Source: Syntrophothermus sp. (GTDB lineage Bacteria; Bacillota; UBA5301; JAMCQP01). Taken from it: 46,030 bases of DNA. The DNA is taken from the NCBI GenBank assembly GCA_050260975.1, contig JBLNCV010000193.1:1-46030 (forward strand), read 5' to 3'. Position 1 is the first letter of the stretch. Every line of letters starts with the position of its first letter. A program made the position numbers and the translations under genes. Below the pieces are notes generated by a model. The model ran no database searches and was not told the origin of the DNA. It saw only the letters and a program-made list of their open reading frames with translations. This document shows, one piece after another, positions 8,295-16,708 of this stretch.

Positions 8295-10214
8295 TCACTC
8301 CACCAGCGGCGGCAGGATCCGGTAATTGTTCACATCTATGAGGCCTCGGTCGGTAATCTTCCAGGCAGGGCTGGTCGTCAGAGCCAGAAACGAAAGGTGC
8401 ATGAAGGGAGCATGTAAGGTACAACCCAACTCCTCCTGCATCACCCGGTGCAAAAGTGCGACGCGCCGGCTCAGTTCAGGCCCGCTCAACTCGTCGGTAA
8501 TCAGCCCTGCCACCGGCAGGCGAAGTTCAGCCAGCACCCGGCCGCCTTTCACCACTGCAATCCCGCCGCCTATGGCAATTACTCTGTTCACCGCGCAGGC
8601 CATCTCTTCCGGGTCGGTCCCGGCTACAATGATGTTGTGAGTGTCGTGCGCCACACTTTCGGCAAAGGCGCCGGCCTTCAGCCCGAATCCTTTTACAAAG
8701 GCCCGGCCGATTCCGCCCGATCTGCCGTAGCGTTCCACCACCGCAATTCCGAGGATGTCCGAAGCGGGGTCCGGACAAACTGCCCCGTCCCGGATGGGAA
8801 GCGTCACTTCCAGAGATTCAGTCAGGTTCTGGTCGGGAATGACCACGATAACCCGCGCCCTGGCCAGGCCGTGACCGCCGCCGTAATGGCCGTAGCCAGC
8901 CGAGCCGGCATACCCATGTCCACCAGTGTTGCCGCTCCTATCAATCATCTCGCCGGCCTTCACCGCCAGATCCGCTGCGCTCACCGGCCCGCGCCGGACC
9001 GACATCTTTACGTCAATGGGGTATTCATAGGGCGGCAGCTCCAGAAGCAGCCGCCCGCCTTCGGCGGCCTTGCGCCCCTTGAGATAAACCTGTTCCACAT
9101 TCATCCGGCTCAGGTCCCCGATAATGGCCAGATCGGCCTGTTTGCCGGGAGCCAGCACCCCCACGTGCTCAAAGCCGAAATACGTGGCCGGATTGATGGT
9201 CACCATCTGAATCGCCTCCACCGGATCCACGCCGGCGGCGATCGTCCTGCGCACCACCTCGTTCATATGCCCCGAACGTTCCAGATCCTCGGCCACCATG
9301 TCGTCGGTGGCCAGGATGCACCGCCGGGAGTCCATCCCTTCTTCCGTGACGGCCCGGATGCATTCGGCCATGTTGCGCTGGGTGGAACCCTCCCGCATAA
9401 AGAGGTAGACACCCTGGCGGAGCTTCTCCACCGCCTCTTTCTTGGTGGTGGTCTCGTGGCAGGAGACCCGCCCGCCGCCGCAGATGATATGGGCCGCCAG
9501 AGCATTGCCAAACAGTTCCGGCGCGTTGCCGTCCACCATCTTGCCGATGCTTCTGGCATAGGCGGTGGAAGCCGCCAGATCGTCCACCACTCCCGGATTA
9601 TTGGCATAAACATACCTGGCGTTGCTGAACCCCTGCAGTTCACCAATGCCGATCACATGATAATACCCCAGGAGTTCCTCCATATCTTTGGAGGCGATAT
9701 CGTAGCCGGCGGTCTCCAGCCCCGGCGAGTCGGGGGTTAAAGAGGGAACTACAAAATAAACATTGCTGGGCGCCTGCCTGGCCTCTTCGGTTATGGCCTT
9801 TATCCCGGCGGGGCCAAGGGCGTTGCCGATCTCGTGCGGATCGGCAACCAGCGTGGTAGTCCCCGTGGGGATGGAGAGCCGGGCGAATTCCGAGACGGTC
9901 AGCATGCTGCTTTCAAAATGCATATGAGAATCAATGAATCCAGGGGCCACAAACCGGCCCTGAAGATCAACCACCTCGGTCTTTTCGCCGATCAGATCCG
10001 CCGCATTCCCCACCCGCAGGATCAACTCGCCGGCAATGGCCACATCGCCCGGGTACACCTCGCGGGTGATCACGTTTACGATCCGGCCGTTATTCAGGAC
10101 CAGATCCGCTTTGAGCCGGTCATCCATCAGGATGTCGATGAGCCTTCGCCGGACAATCGCATCTTTGGCCGCCGCCAGCTCCACGGACGCCACCCCCTCG
10201 TCAAAGATCGCCAT
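8295..10214 (-). CDS. Adenine deaminase-family amidohydrolase. Substrate could be adenine or another amino-heterocycle.
   Basis: 639 aa ORF. GFIDSHMHFESSM, ADPHEIGN and the overall layout match the Ade/AdeC family. Contains an unusual Gly/His/Tyr-rich insert, GNTGGHGYAGSAGYGHYGGGHG, encoded at about 8869-8940. Confidence 0.75.
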   Translation of the reverse strand: MAIFDEGVASVELAAAKDAIVRRRLIDILMDDRLKADLVLNNGRIVNVITREVYPGDVAIAGELILRVGNAADLIGEKTEVVDLQGRFVAPGFIDSHMHFESSMLTVSEFARLSIPTGTTTLVADPHEIGNALGPAGIKAITEEARQAPSNVYFVVPSLTPDSPGLETAGYDIASKDMEELLGYYHVIGIGELQGFSNARYVYANNPGVVDDLAASTAYARSIGKMVDGNAPELFGNALAAHIICGGGRVSCHETTTKKEAVEKLRQGVYLFMREGSTQRNMAECIRAVTEEGMDSRRCILATDDMVAEDLERSGHMNEVVRRTIAAGVDPVEAIQMVTINPATYFGFEHVGVLAPGKQADLAIIGDLSRMNVEQVYLKGRKAAEGGRLLLELPPYEYPIDVKMSVRRGPVSAADLAVKAGEMIDRSGNTGGHGYAGSAGYGHYGGGHGLARARVIVVIPDQNLTESLEVTLPIRDGAVCPDPASDILGIAVVERYGRSGGIGRAFVKGFGLKAGAFAESVAHDTHNIIVAGTDPEEMACAVNRVIAIGGGIAVVKGGRVLAELRLPVAGLITDELSGPELSRRVALLHRVMQEELGCTLHAPFMHLSFLALTTSPAWKITDRGLIDVNNYRILPPLVE

Positions 10215-10231
10215 CTTTAACGCAAAGTTAG

Positions 10232-10501
10232 CTAGCCACCGATATCGATGGAATCAATAATCCCTACCACGGCGGCATCCACCGGCGTGTCATTCCGCCG
10301 CACCGCCAGTGGTGAGACGCTGCCGGTCACGTACAAAACCCTTTCGCCCACCCCGGCACCCACGGTGTCCACCGCCACCAGCGGGCGGTCGTTGGGCGTC
10401 CCGTCCAAAGCCAGCGGTTGGACGATCAAAAATTTTGAGCCGACCAGTTTCTCATCCTTACGTGTGGCGATCACCGTGCCGATGACCTTACCTACCAGCA
10501 T
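10232..10501 (-). CDS. BMC-P vertex pentamer (EutN/CcmL/PduN family)
   Basis: MLVGKVIGTVIATRKDEKLVGSKFLIVQPL...VAVDTVGAGVGERVLYVTGS is a textbook EutN/CcmL sequence. ATG 10501 is preceded by AAGGGTGG. Confidence 0.9.
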   Translation of the reverse strand: MLVGKVIGTVIATRKDEKLVGSKFLIVQPLALDGTPNDRPLVAVDTVGAGVGERVLYVTGSVSPLAVRRNDTPVDAAVVGIIDSIDIGG

Positions 10502-11444
10502 CGCGCCCACCCTTTCCAGGCCTGATCCGGATCGTTATCCCGCGTTCCCTGGCCACATCCCTGGCCAGGGGCGTGACAATCGTCCCCGGCTCCACCACCA
10601 GTTCAATCTCTTTGCCAGCGCTGCCACCGCCGCCGGCGCCGGCCACCGCCCCTTTGCAAGCCAGCGCCTCTACCTCCGCGCGGGTGATAACCTTCCGGGA
10701 CGCTGCGGAACTCTCCGCTGGGATCCCCTTTAAGACACCCGGCGAGCGAGGTGTCCCGTCCTCCTCCTCGGGCGACGCCGGTTCCCCTGTAAACAGGCCG
10801 GGTAATTCGGCGACATCCACCAGGCGAACCCCATAAGAGGCCAGGATCTTGAGATTCTCTTCCATTCGCTTCACGACGGCGGCGTTTGGCTTGCCGGGAT
10901 CCGGGCCGCCGTTGAGCGCCCGCCCCGTACCATGAAAGATCTGTCCCAAGAAAGAGGGGTCGTGCGGATCCGCCGCGTTACGGGCAGCGGTCACCCTCTT
11001 GCCCGCCAAAAGGCCGTGCCAGATCAGGATGGCCGGCAATGTGTCATGGATCCCGGCCGCCAGTTTGGCCGCCGTATTGGCGGTCAACACCGGGACCACG
11101 ATCTCCTGATGCTCGCGTAAGAGAGTAGCGATCGCGGAAGACGAAGACTCATCACCATCCACGATAATCCGGGACAGCCGGAGTTCTTCCCGGAGGCGGT
11201 CCTGATCCACAAGCCGAGCGGCGGCTTTGGAAAGGACCAGGGCCACCTTCCAGCCTGCTTCCCTTAACCGGCCCAGAAAAGCCAACGCTTCCGCCTGGCC
11301 GGCCTCGCCGCCAGTCATTACCGCCAGCAGGCGCCCGGCGGGGTAACCCCCGGTTGCCCCAGAAGCCTCCAATTGCCGCAGGGTCTGATCCAGCACGTGT
11401 CGGGTCAAACCCTCAAGCCCAAGCCTCTCCTGCATCCCGCTCAC
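10488..11444 (-). CDS. BMC-associated protein: N-terminal amphipathic helix, degenerate flavoprotein-like (Rossmann) domain and a C-terminal V-T-P-L-A-R-D module
   Basis: 318 aa ORF. GLEGLTRHVLDQTLRQLEASGATGG looks like an encapsulation peptide plus linker. VVPVLTANTAAKLAAGIHDT resembles the PF02441 flavoprotein motif. The C-terminal KVITRAEVEAL...LVVEPGTIVTPLARDVARERGITI resembles modules I recall from PduM-type BMC proteins (unverified). Confidence 0.45.
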   Translation of the reverse strand: MSGMQERLGLEGLTRHVLDQTLRQLEASGATGGYPAGRLLAVMTGGEAGQAEALAFLGRLREAGWKVALVLSKAAARLVDQDRLREELRLSRIIVDGDESSSSAIATLLREHQEIVVPVLTANTAAKLAAGIHDTLPAILIWHGLLAGKRVTAARNAADPHDPSFLGQIFHGTGRALNGGPDPGKPNAAVVKRMEENLKILASYGVRLVDVAELPGLFTGEPASPEEEDGTPRSPGVLKGIPAESSAASRKVITRAEVEALACKGAVAGAGGGGSAGKEIELVVEPGTIVTPLARDVARERGITIRIRPGKGGRDAGR

Positions 11445-11475
11445 CCTCTGCCGCCTTCAATCTCCTTCTTCATCC

Positions 11476-11769
11476 TCACTTCTTCATCGTGGCTGCGGCG
11501 GGACCAAGAATGACCCTCTCCACCTCGCTATGCGGCCTGGGGATCACATGAACCGAGACCACTTCGCCGACTTTGGCAGCCGCGGCCGCTCCGGCGTCGG
11601 TCGCCGCCTTGACCGCGCCCACATCGCCGCGGACCATGATGGTCACCAGTCCAAACCCGATCTTTTCATAACCAACAATCGTCACATTGGCCGCCTTGAC
11701 CATGGCATCCGCGGCCTCCACCGCCCCCACCAGACCTTTTGTCTCCACCAGACCCAACGCTTCACCCAT
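11476..11769 (-). CDS. BMC-H shell hexamer (PduA/EutM-like)
   Basis: [60 protein letters not shown] is a canonical single BMC domain. Confidence 0.95.
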   Translation of the reverse strand: MGEALGLVETKGLVGAVEAADAMVKAANVTIVGYEKIGFGLVTIMVRGDVGAVKAATDAGAAAAAKVGEVVSVHVIPRPHSEVERVILGPAAATMKK

Positions 11770-11770
11770 T

Positions 11771-12178
11771 TTAGGACCTCCTTCTGTTCGGCTTTTCCTT
11801 ATTGGTCTCTTCTACAACCCTGGCTTCCTTTTCATTTCCCACTCTGGCTTCTTTCTCGTTTCCCCGGGATCTTTGGATCACCGACTCCCGCGTCTCCAGA
11901 TTCTGCACCAGATCTTCCATCTGCTCGTGCGGCCGGGGAATTACGTGAACCGACAGCACCTTTCCCACTCTCTCGGCCGCTGCCCTCCCGGCGTCCACCG
12001 CGGCCTGAACCGCGGCAACTTCGCCCTCCAGCTTGGCGGTGATGCTCACCGCTTTCCCCGCCCCAATCACCCTTTCGTAGCCCAGGAATTCCACCCGGGC
12101 GGCTTTCGTGGCCGCATCCACCGCGGCCACCGCCGTGGCAAAACCGATGGTCTCAATCAGGCCAAGGGCACCGGGCAT
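11771..12178 (-). CDS. BMC-H shell hexamer with a charged, repeat-containing C-terminal extension
   Basis: [37 protein letters not shown]...[10 protein letters not shown] is a BMC domain. It is followed by a roughly 45 aa tail containing GNEKEARV twice. Confidence 0.9.
   Translation of the reverse strand: MPGALGLIETIGFATAVAAVDAATKAARVEFLGYERVIGAGKAVSITAKLEGEVAAVQAAVDAGRAAAERVGKVLSVHVIPRPHEQMEDLVQNLETRESVIQRSRGNEKEARVGNEKEARVVEETNKEKPNRRRS
11816..11863 (-). repeat. 2 x 24 nt tandem repeat encoding [16 protein letters not shown] in the BMC-H tail
   Basis: Minus-strand codons gga aac gag aaa gaa gcc aga gtg / gga aat gaa aag gaa gcc agg gtt, read directly from the sequence. Confidence 0.85.
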
Positions 12179-12192
12179 CGCTGATCACCTCT

Positions 12193-12654
12193 TTAAAACG
12201 CCGGTTCCCGGCGCAAACAATGATTACGTGCAAAACACGCCAAGATCTCCCGGACATAATCCGCATGATACGGCGCTTGCCACCGTTCCTCCAGTTCCGA
12301 CGCCAACTCCTCAAGCTCCCCCCTGGTGTAACGGTAAGGCTCCAGGATGTCCCGGAGCTTCTCCTGGACGGCCGGAGTCAAGCTCTCCGCTTCCACCGCC
12401 AGGTGAAGATACCTGGCGACTTCAAGCTGGCCCCGGTTTTCCGCCAGTGTAGCCAGTTGCACCAGCGGCGCAAAGGTTCCAGCCGGCCGGTTGGGTTCCA
12501 CAACTGCCTTGCCTCCACCGGGACGGGCAAGCGTTGCCTCCGGAACAACGACCTCCCCTGCACCGGCATGGACCGGCCTGGAATCAGCCAGCAACCCGGG
12601 ATTTTCCGCCAAAACCTCTTTGATCAATTGAATCAGGGTACTTTTGGCGATCAT
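12193..12654 (-). CDS. Hypothetical BMC-locus protein with an N-terminal encapsulation-peptide-like helix
   Basis: MIAKSTLIQLIKEVLAENPG is an amphipathic helix followed by a Pro/Gly linker, in the style of PduP/PduD encapsulation peptides. I do not recognise the C-terminal domain. ATG 12654 lies behind AGGTGAGG. An alternative GTG at 12663 overlaps the upstream stop. Confidence 0.6.
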   Translation of the reverse strand: MIAKSTLIQLIKEVLAENPGLLADSRPVHAGAGEVVVPEATLARPGGGKAVVEPNRPAGTFAPLVQLATLAENRGQLEVARYLHLAVEAESLTPAVQEKLRDILEPYRYTRGELEELASELEERWQAPYHADYVREILACFARNHCLRREPAF

Positions 12655-12659
12655 CAGCC

Positions 12660-13640
12660 TCACCTGCGCAATTCATCGAGCAGTCCGATACCGACCGATT
12701 TGGCCGCGTCAAGCGCGTTACGGACCGCGGCTGGCGCTCCGGAAACCGTAAGCCACACTTCATTGGAGAAAGCTGAAAGATTGGACGGCCCGAGGTAATG
12801 CGTCGCCTCGACTTTGGCCGTCTTAACCGCCACGTCGGCCATCAAGAGACCAACCCCGGCGGGCGCGCCAATCATGATCCCAAAGGCCTGATCCGGCGTC
12901 GCATTGAAAGCCATGGCCAGCGCTCCGGCGGCCCTGGCGGTGTAATGCACCTCCACAGCCCCCACGTCCGAGGAGGTAACCTCGGTAAAATAATGATCCA
13001 CCGCCGCCAGGCCGATCTGCACCGCGCGGGTCACGTCCGCAACGTCGGGACCGCCGAACAGGATGTAGACGCCGTGCCCCGGCCCACCTAACCCGTCTCT
13101 GGCCATCTGAAGGGCCAGAATCTGTGAATTGGTGGCTTTAACCGCCTCATCCGCCGCCATGATCTGTGGCGCCGCGCCCAGCCGGGAACTGAGTATTCCG
13201 ATGGCGTGGTACCGTTCATCAAGCCCCATCTTGGCCCGCAGGCTCCGCTCCAGATTGGGGATGACCAGACCGATGGTTCCACCGGCAGCCGTGCCGATCA
13301 CCTCTTCCCGGCGGCGGCCGCCACCCGCCACCTGAATGGGATGCTGTACCGGTAGGCCGGTTGGCGCCCTTTTAACCGCCTGAGATATCTGGCCCCGCAC
13401 CAGGCTTTGAGTTGGGTTTGGCGCCGTGCCTTGCGCCGGAGATGGCAACGCCTTTTTCCCGGCTCCTGGTTCGACAGGCTGTAACGGGTTGCGCGCAACC
13501 GGGTACTCATCGGGCAACAAGCTTTTTCCTTCCCCAAAAGCGGAACTTTGCCCAAAATCAGCTTTCAGCCTGCTTGCGGAAGAAGAGCCGGTCCGCCTGA
13601 GGATCTCCGCCATGACCTTCTGCACCAGAGGATCCGCCAA
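12660..13640 (-). CDS. BMC-T shell trimer, PduB-like (tandem permuted BMC domains), with a long N-terminal extension
   Basis: The C-terminal roughly 210 aa (GTIGLVIPNLERSL...HAIGILSSRLGAAPQIMAADEAVKATN...GPGHGVYILFGG...HYTARAAGALAMAFNA...GAPAGVGLLMADVAVKTAKVE...FSNEVWLTVSGAPAAVRNALDAAKSVG) follow the PduB pattern. The N-terminal roughly 115 aa have the helix DPLVQKVMAEILRR followed by a Pro-rich linker. Confidence 0.85.
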   Translation of the reverse strand: MADPLVQKVMAEILRRTGSSSASRLKADFGQSSAFGEGKSLLPDEYPVARNPLQPVEPGAGKKALPSPAQGTAPNPTQSLVRGQISQAVKRAPTGLPVQHPIQVAGGGRRREEVIGTAAGGTIGLVIPNLERSLRAKMGLDERYHAIGILSSRLGAAPQIMAADEAVKATNSQILALQMARDGLGGPGHGVYILFGGPDVADVTRAVQIGLAAVDHYFTEVTSSDVGAVEVHYTARAAGALAMAFNATPDQAFGIMIGAPAGVGLLMADVAVKTAKVEATHYLGPSNLSAFSNEVWLTVSGAPAAVRNALDAAKSVGIGLLDELRR

Positions 13641-13713
13641 GGTTCAATCACCACCTTTACCGTTCTTGCAATGCCACAAACTCACGAGGATTACGCGACG
13701 AGAACCATGAGAA

Positions 13714-14013
13714 TCATTCCTGACCCGATTCGTCGACAACAGGCAACATCTTGGCCACCTCGCTGTTGGGGCTGGGGATCACGTTCACGGAGATCACTTC
13801 TCCCACCTGCATGGCGGCTTGTTCACCGGCCTGGGTGGCGGCCTGCACCGCCGCGACTTCACCCTGGACGGTGATGCAGATCAGCCCGGAACCTACCTGC
13901 TTGTAATCGATAATCTGCACATTGGCCGCCTTGACCATGGCATCCGCCGCCGCAATGGCCGCGGGCAGGCCCCTGGTCTCCACAAATCCCAGCGCTTTGC
14001 GCAACTGACTCAC
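13714..14013 (-). CDS. BMC-H shell hexamer
   Basis: [57 protein letters not shown] is a canonical BMC domain. Confidence 0.95.
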   Translation of the reverse strand: MSQLRKALGFVETRGLPAAIAAADAMVKAANVQIIDYKQVGSGLICITVQGEVAAVQAATQAGEQAAMQVGEVISVNVIPSPNSEVAKMLPVVDESGQE

Positions 14014-14050
14014 CTTCCCCGGGTGCCAACTACCTCACACTAATCCTGGT

Positions 14051-15403
14051 TCACCAGCCGTCCTCCAGATAGTCCTCCAACCGTATCCGGTCGCTCCCCG
14101 GAATCACCGGTCGCTGGAAGACCTCCGCCGCGTTCAGCGGGTAAGTGGCATCGATCCCCATCTTGGCCGAGTACCCCCGCAGGTTGTTGGACGGATCCAG
14201 CCCATTCCCACGGGCGCCGGGAATGATCACCACATCCTGGTCGGCCTGGACCCGGCTGGCGATCGCCCATTCCACCTCAAAGGGGTCGAAGATGTCCACG
14301 TCGTCGTCCACAACTACCACATGCTTCACGTCTTTATTGCTGGCAAGAGCCGCCATGATGGCGCTCTTGCCCTCACCCTCGTACTTCTTCTGGATGGAGA
14401 CGATGGCATGGAAACGTCCGCTGCCGGCCATGGTAAGGTGTACGGCCTTCACGTCCGGCACGATATGCCGGACGTGCAAAAAGAGCAAAACCTCTCGCAT
14501 CAGGGCATTGGGCAACTTGTGTTCAAAACTGGAAGGAAAGATCGTCTGGAAGATCGGGTTATTCCGGTGTGTAATCGCGCTGATCTCCACCACCGGCTGC
14601 TCGGAGGCTGGTCCGTAATACCCGGCCAGCTCCCCGAAGGGCCCTTCCTTATACCGCACGTAGGGCAGCATCCGGCCTTCCAGCACGATCTCCGCCTCAG
14701 CCGGCACCTCCAGATCCACCGTCCGGCAACGCACCAGTTCCACCGGCTGGCCGGCGAGAGCACCCGCCACGTCGATCTTGTCCAGGCCGAAGTGCTGGGT
14801 GCTGAGTTGCGAGGCCAGGGTAATGATCGGGTGCACCCCGAGCATCACCGCCACCTCGAGAGGCCGGTTTTGCGCCTCATAGTCGCGGTACATCTGCATC
14901 AGGCCCGGCGACTCGATGAGAATCGACAGCCGGTTGCCACCGTTGACCTGCATCCGGCGGATGGACGTGTAGCGTCGGCCCCCCGCCGGATCCTTCACGA
15001 TCAACACCCCGGCGGTGATAAAGGGCGCCGAGTCCTTTTCGTGAAAAGTGGGCACGGGGAAGAGCTTCGGGATGTCTATTCCCCTGGTGATGACCGTCTC
15101 CTGGACCGGCCCGCCGGAGACCACCCGGCTCGGCAAAGGCGAGGAGATGGCTTCAATATACTTGGGGATGAGCTCATCAACCTTCACCCCCAGGGTCTCG
15201 GCAACCCGCCGGCGATCCCCGCAAAGCCCCGCCGCCACCGGCTGGCTATAGCCCTGCACATGTTCAAAGAAGATCGGGCGAGTTCCTTTAAACTTGTTCA
15301 CCAGGGCGCCCAGTTCGAATCTGGCATCCACCGGACGCCTGACGATTAACAGGTCGTTCTTGCGCTTCAGGTTTTCCAGGTGCTTGCGCAACGAGAGGGT
15401 CAT
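14051..15403 (-). CDS. UbiD-family prFMN-dependent (de)carboxylase
   Basis: 450 aa ORF. The N-terminal LRKHLENLKRKNDLLIVRRPVD and the length and pattern throughout fit the UbiD family. It sits directly downstream of ubiX. Confidence 0.85.
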   Translation of the reverse strand: MTLSLRKHLENLKRKNDLLIVRRPVDARFELGALVNKFKGTRPIFFEHVQGYSQPVAAGLCGDRRRVAETLGVKVDELIPKYIEAISSPLPSRVVSGGPVQETVITRGIDIPKLFPVPTFHEKDSAPFITAGVLIVKDPAGGRRYTSIRRMQVNGGNRLSILIESPGLMQMYRDYEAQNRPLEVAVMLGVHPIITLASQLSTQHFGLDKIDVAGALAGQPVELVRCRTVDLEVPAEAEIVLEGRMLPYVRYKEGPFGELAGYYGPASEQPVVEISAITHRNNPIFQTIFPSSFEHKLPNALMREVLLFLHVRHIVPDVKAVHLTMAGSGRFHAIVSIQKKYEGEGKSAIMAALASNKDVKHVVVVDDDVDIFDPFEVEWAIASRVQADQDVVIIPGARGNGLDPSNNLRGYSAKMGIDATYPLNAAEVFQRPVIPGSDRIRLEDYLEDGW

Positions 15404-15432
15404 GATCCTTGCCCCCTATATTCAGGTCCTTG

Positions 15433-15984
15433 TTAGTTCCCCCAGCGGGGAAAGATATCGTGGTCGATCTCCAGCACATCCAGGATCTTGCCCACCACAA
15501 AAGTGATCGCCTGGGCCAGATCCCGGGGCCGGTGATAGAAGGCCGGCGAGGCCGGGAGGATGTGGGCGCCGGCTCTTGCCAGCCGCAACATATTCTCCAG
15601 GTGGATTACATCCAGGGGGGTCTCCCTGGGCACCACCACCAGTTTCCGGCCTTCTTTGAGCATCACATGGGCGGAGCGGGTCAACAGGCTGTCCGACAAA
15701 CCCCCGGCCAAGGCCCCCAGCGTATGCATGGAGCAGGGAACCACAACCATGGCCTCCGCGCGAAACGAACCGCTGGCCAGTGGGGAAAACAGGTCGTCCA
15801 CCTGATGCAATCGGGCAAAACGGCCAAGATCCCGCACCATTAGCCCACATTCGTGGCGCAGAGTTCGCTCGCCCATGGACGTCACCACCAGATGCGTCTC
15901 AATCTGTAGATTTTCCAGCGCCTGTAACAGGCCCACGGCATAGATAGCGCCACTGGCTCCGGTGACACCCACCACGACCCGCAT
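15433..15984 (-). CDS. ubiX: UbiX flavin prenyltransferase (prFMN synthase)
   Basis: MRVVVGVTGASGAIYAVGLLQAL...VVPCSMHTLGALAGGLSDSLLTRSAHVMLKEGRKLVVVPRETP is the classic UbiX/Pad1 sequence. ATG 15984 follows SD AAGGTGGG. Confidence 0.9.
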   Translation of the reverse strand: MRVVVGVTGASGAIYAVGLLQALENLQIETHLVVTSMGERTLRHECGLMVRDLGRFARLHQVDDLFSPLASGSFRAEAMVVVPCSMHTLGALAGGLSDSLLTRSAHVMLKEGRKLVVVPRETPLDVIHLENMLRLARAGAHILPASPAFYHRPRDLAQAITFVVGKILDVLEIDHDIFPRWGN

Positions 15985-16040
15985 TTGCAACCCACCTTAC
16001 AATCCGCCACAATCAGCCCGTAGAAATATTCCAGAAAATT

Positions 16041-16063
16041 CCCGGCGGTTTACCGCCGGCCGG
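16041..16063 (-). terminator. GC-rich hairpin downstream of the isochorismatase-family gene (weak terminator/attenuator candidate)
   Basis: Minus strand reads CCGGCCGGCGG-TAAA-CCGCCGGG followed by AAUUUUCUGG. The U-tract has only four Us. Confidence 0.3.
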
Positions 16064-16082
16064 TAAGACCGCCCCAACCAAT

Positions 16083-16646
16083 TCAAGCGGTTTTGGCCTT
16101 CTCTTTTGCGAACTCCTTCTTATACTCGTCCACCGTCATGATCCGGGCGAAGAGGGCCATATCCCGCAACCCGGCCTGGTGCATCTCCTCATCCTTGGAA
16201 GCGCAACCGTCGCTGATGGCGATCACCCGGTAAGCATGGTAGAGCGCCTCGGAAGCAGTGCTCCTCACGCAGACGTTGGTCCACACGCCAGTGACCACCA
16301 CCGTGTCTATCCCTTCCTCGCGGAGGTACAGGTCCATATCAGTGTACGTGAATGAACTATGCCGTCTCTTCTGGACCACATAATCCTTGTCGCTCGGGCG
16401 CAACTCGGGCACAAAGTCCGAACCCCAGGTGCCTTTGATGGCATGCACCGGCCGCACCTTGAAATCGGCGTCGCCCACCCGGTGCGCCTCCTGGACAAAG
16501 ACCACGTGGATGTCGTTCTCATGGGCAAAATCCACCAGTTCCCGGATCTTCGGAATGATCTTCTGCCCGTCCGGGCAGAAGAGGGCCCCTTTGGGGTCCA
16601 CAAAGTCATTCAACATGTCGATGACCAAAATAGCGTGCTTGCTCAT
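16083..16646 (-). CDS. Isochorismatase-family cysteine hydrolase (RutB / N-carbamoylsarcosine amidase / nicotinamidase-like)
   Basis: 187 aa ORF. AILVIDMLNDF (Asp), VVQKRRHSSF (Lys) and VVTGVWTNVCV (nucleophilic Cys) form the D-K-C triad. Confidence 0.85.
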   Translation of the reverse strand: MSKHAILVIDMLNDFVDPKGALFCPDGQKIIPKIRELVDFAHENDIHVVFVQEAHRVGDADFKVRPVHAIKGTWGSDFVPELRPSDKDYVVQKRRHSSFTYTDMDLYLREEGIDTVVVTGVWTNVCVRSTASEALYHAYRVIAISDGCASKDEEMHQAGLRDMALFARIMTVDEYKKEFAKEKAKTA

Positions 16647-16708
16647 AGCTATGCCTCCTCTGGCTCACTAACCTTCACACCCGACCTTCAGGACGCAATC
16701 ATCGCGGC

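Noticed and set aside
10060-10214. N-terminal segment of the adenine-deaminase-family protein (AKDAIVRRRLIDILMDD) as an encapsulation peptide.
   Set aside because: This stretch corresponds to the normal N-terminal beta-sandwich lead-in of Ade-family proteins (..L..V..G...ADLVL.NG.IVNV). No flexible linker follows it.
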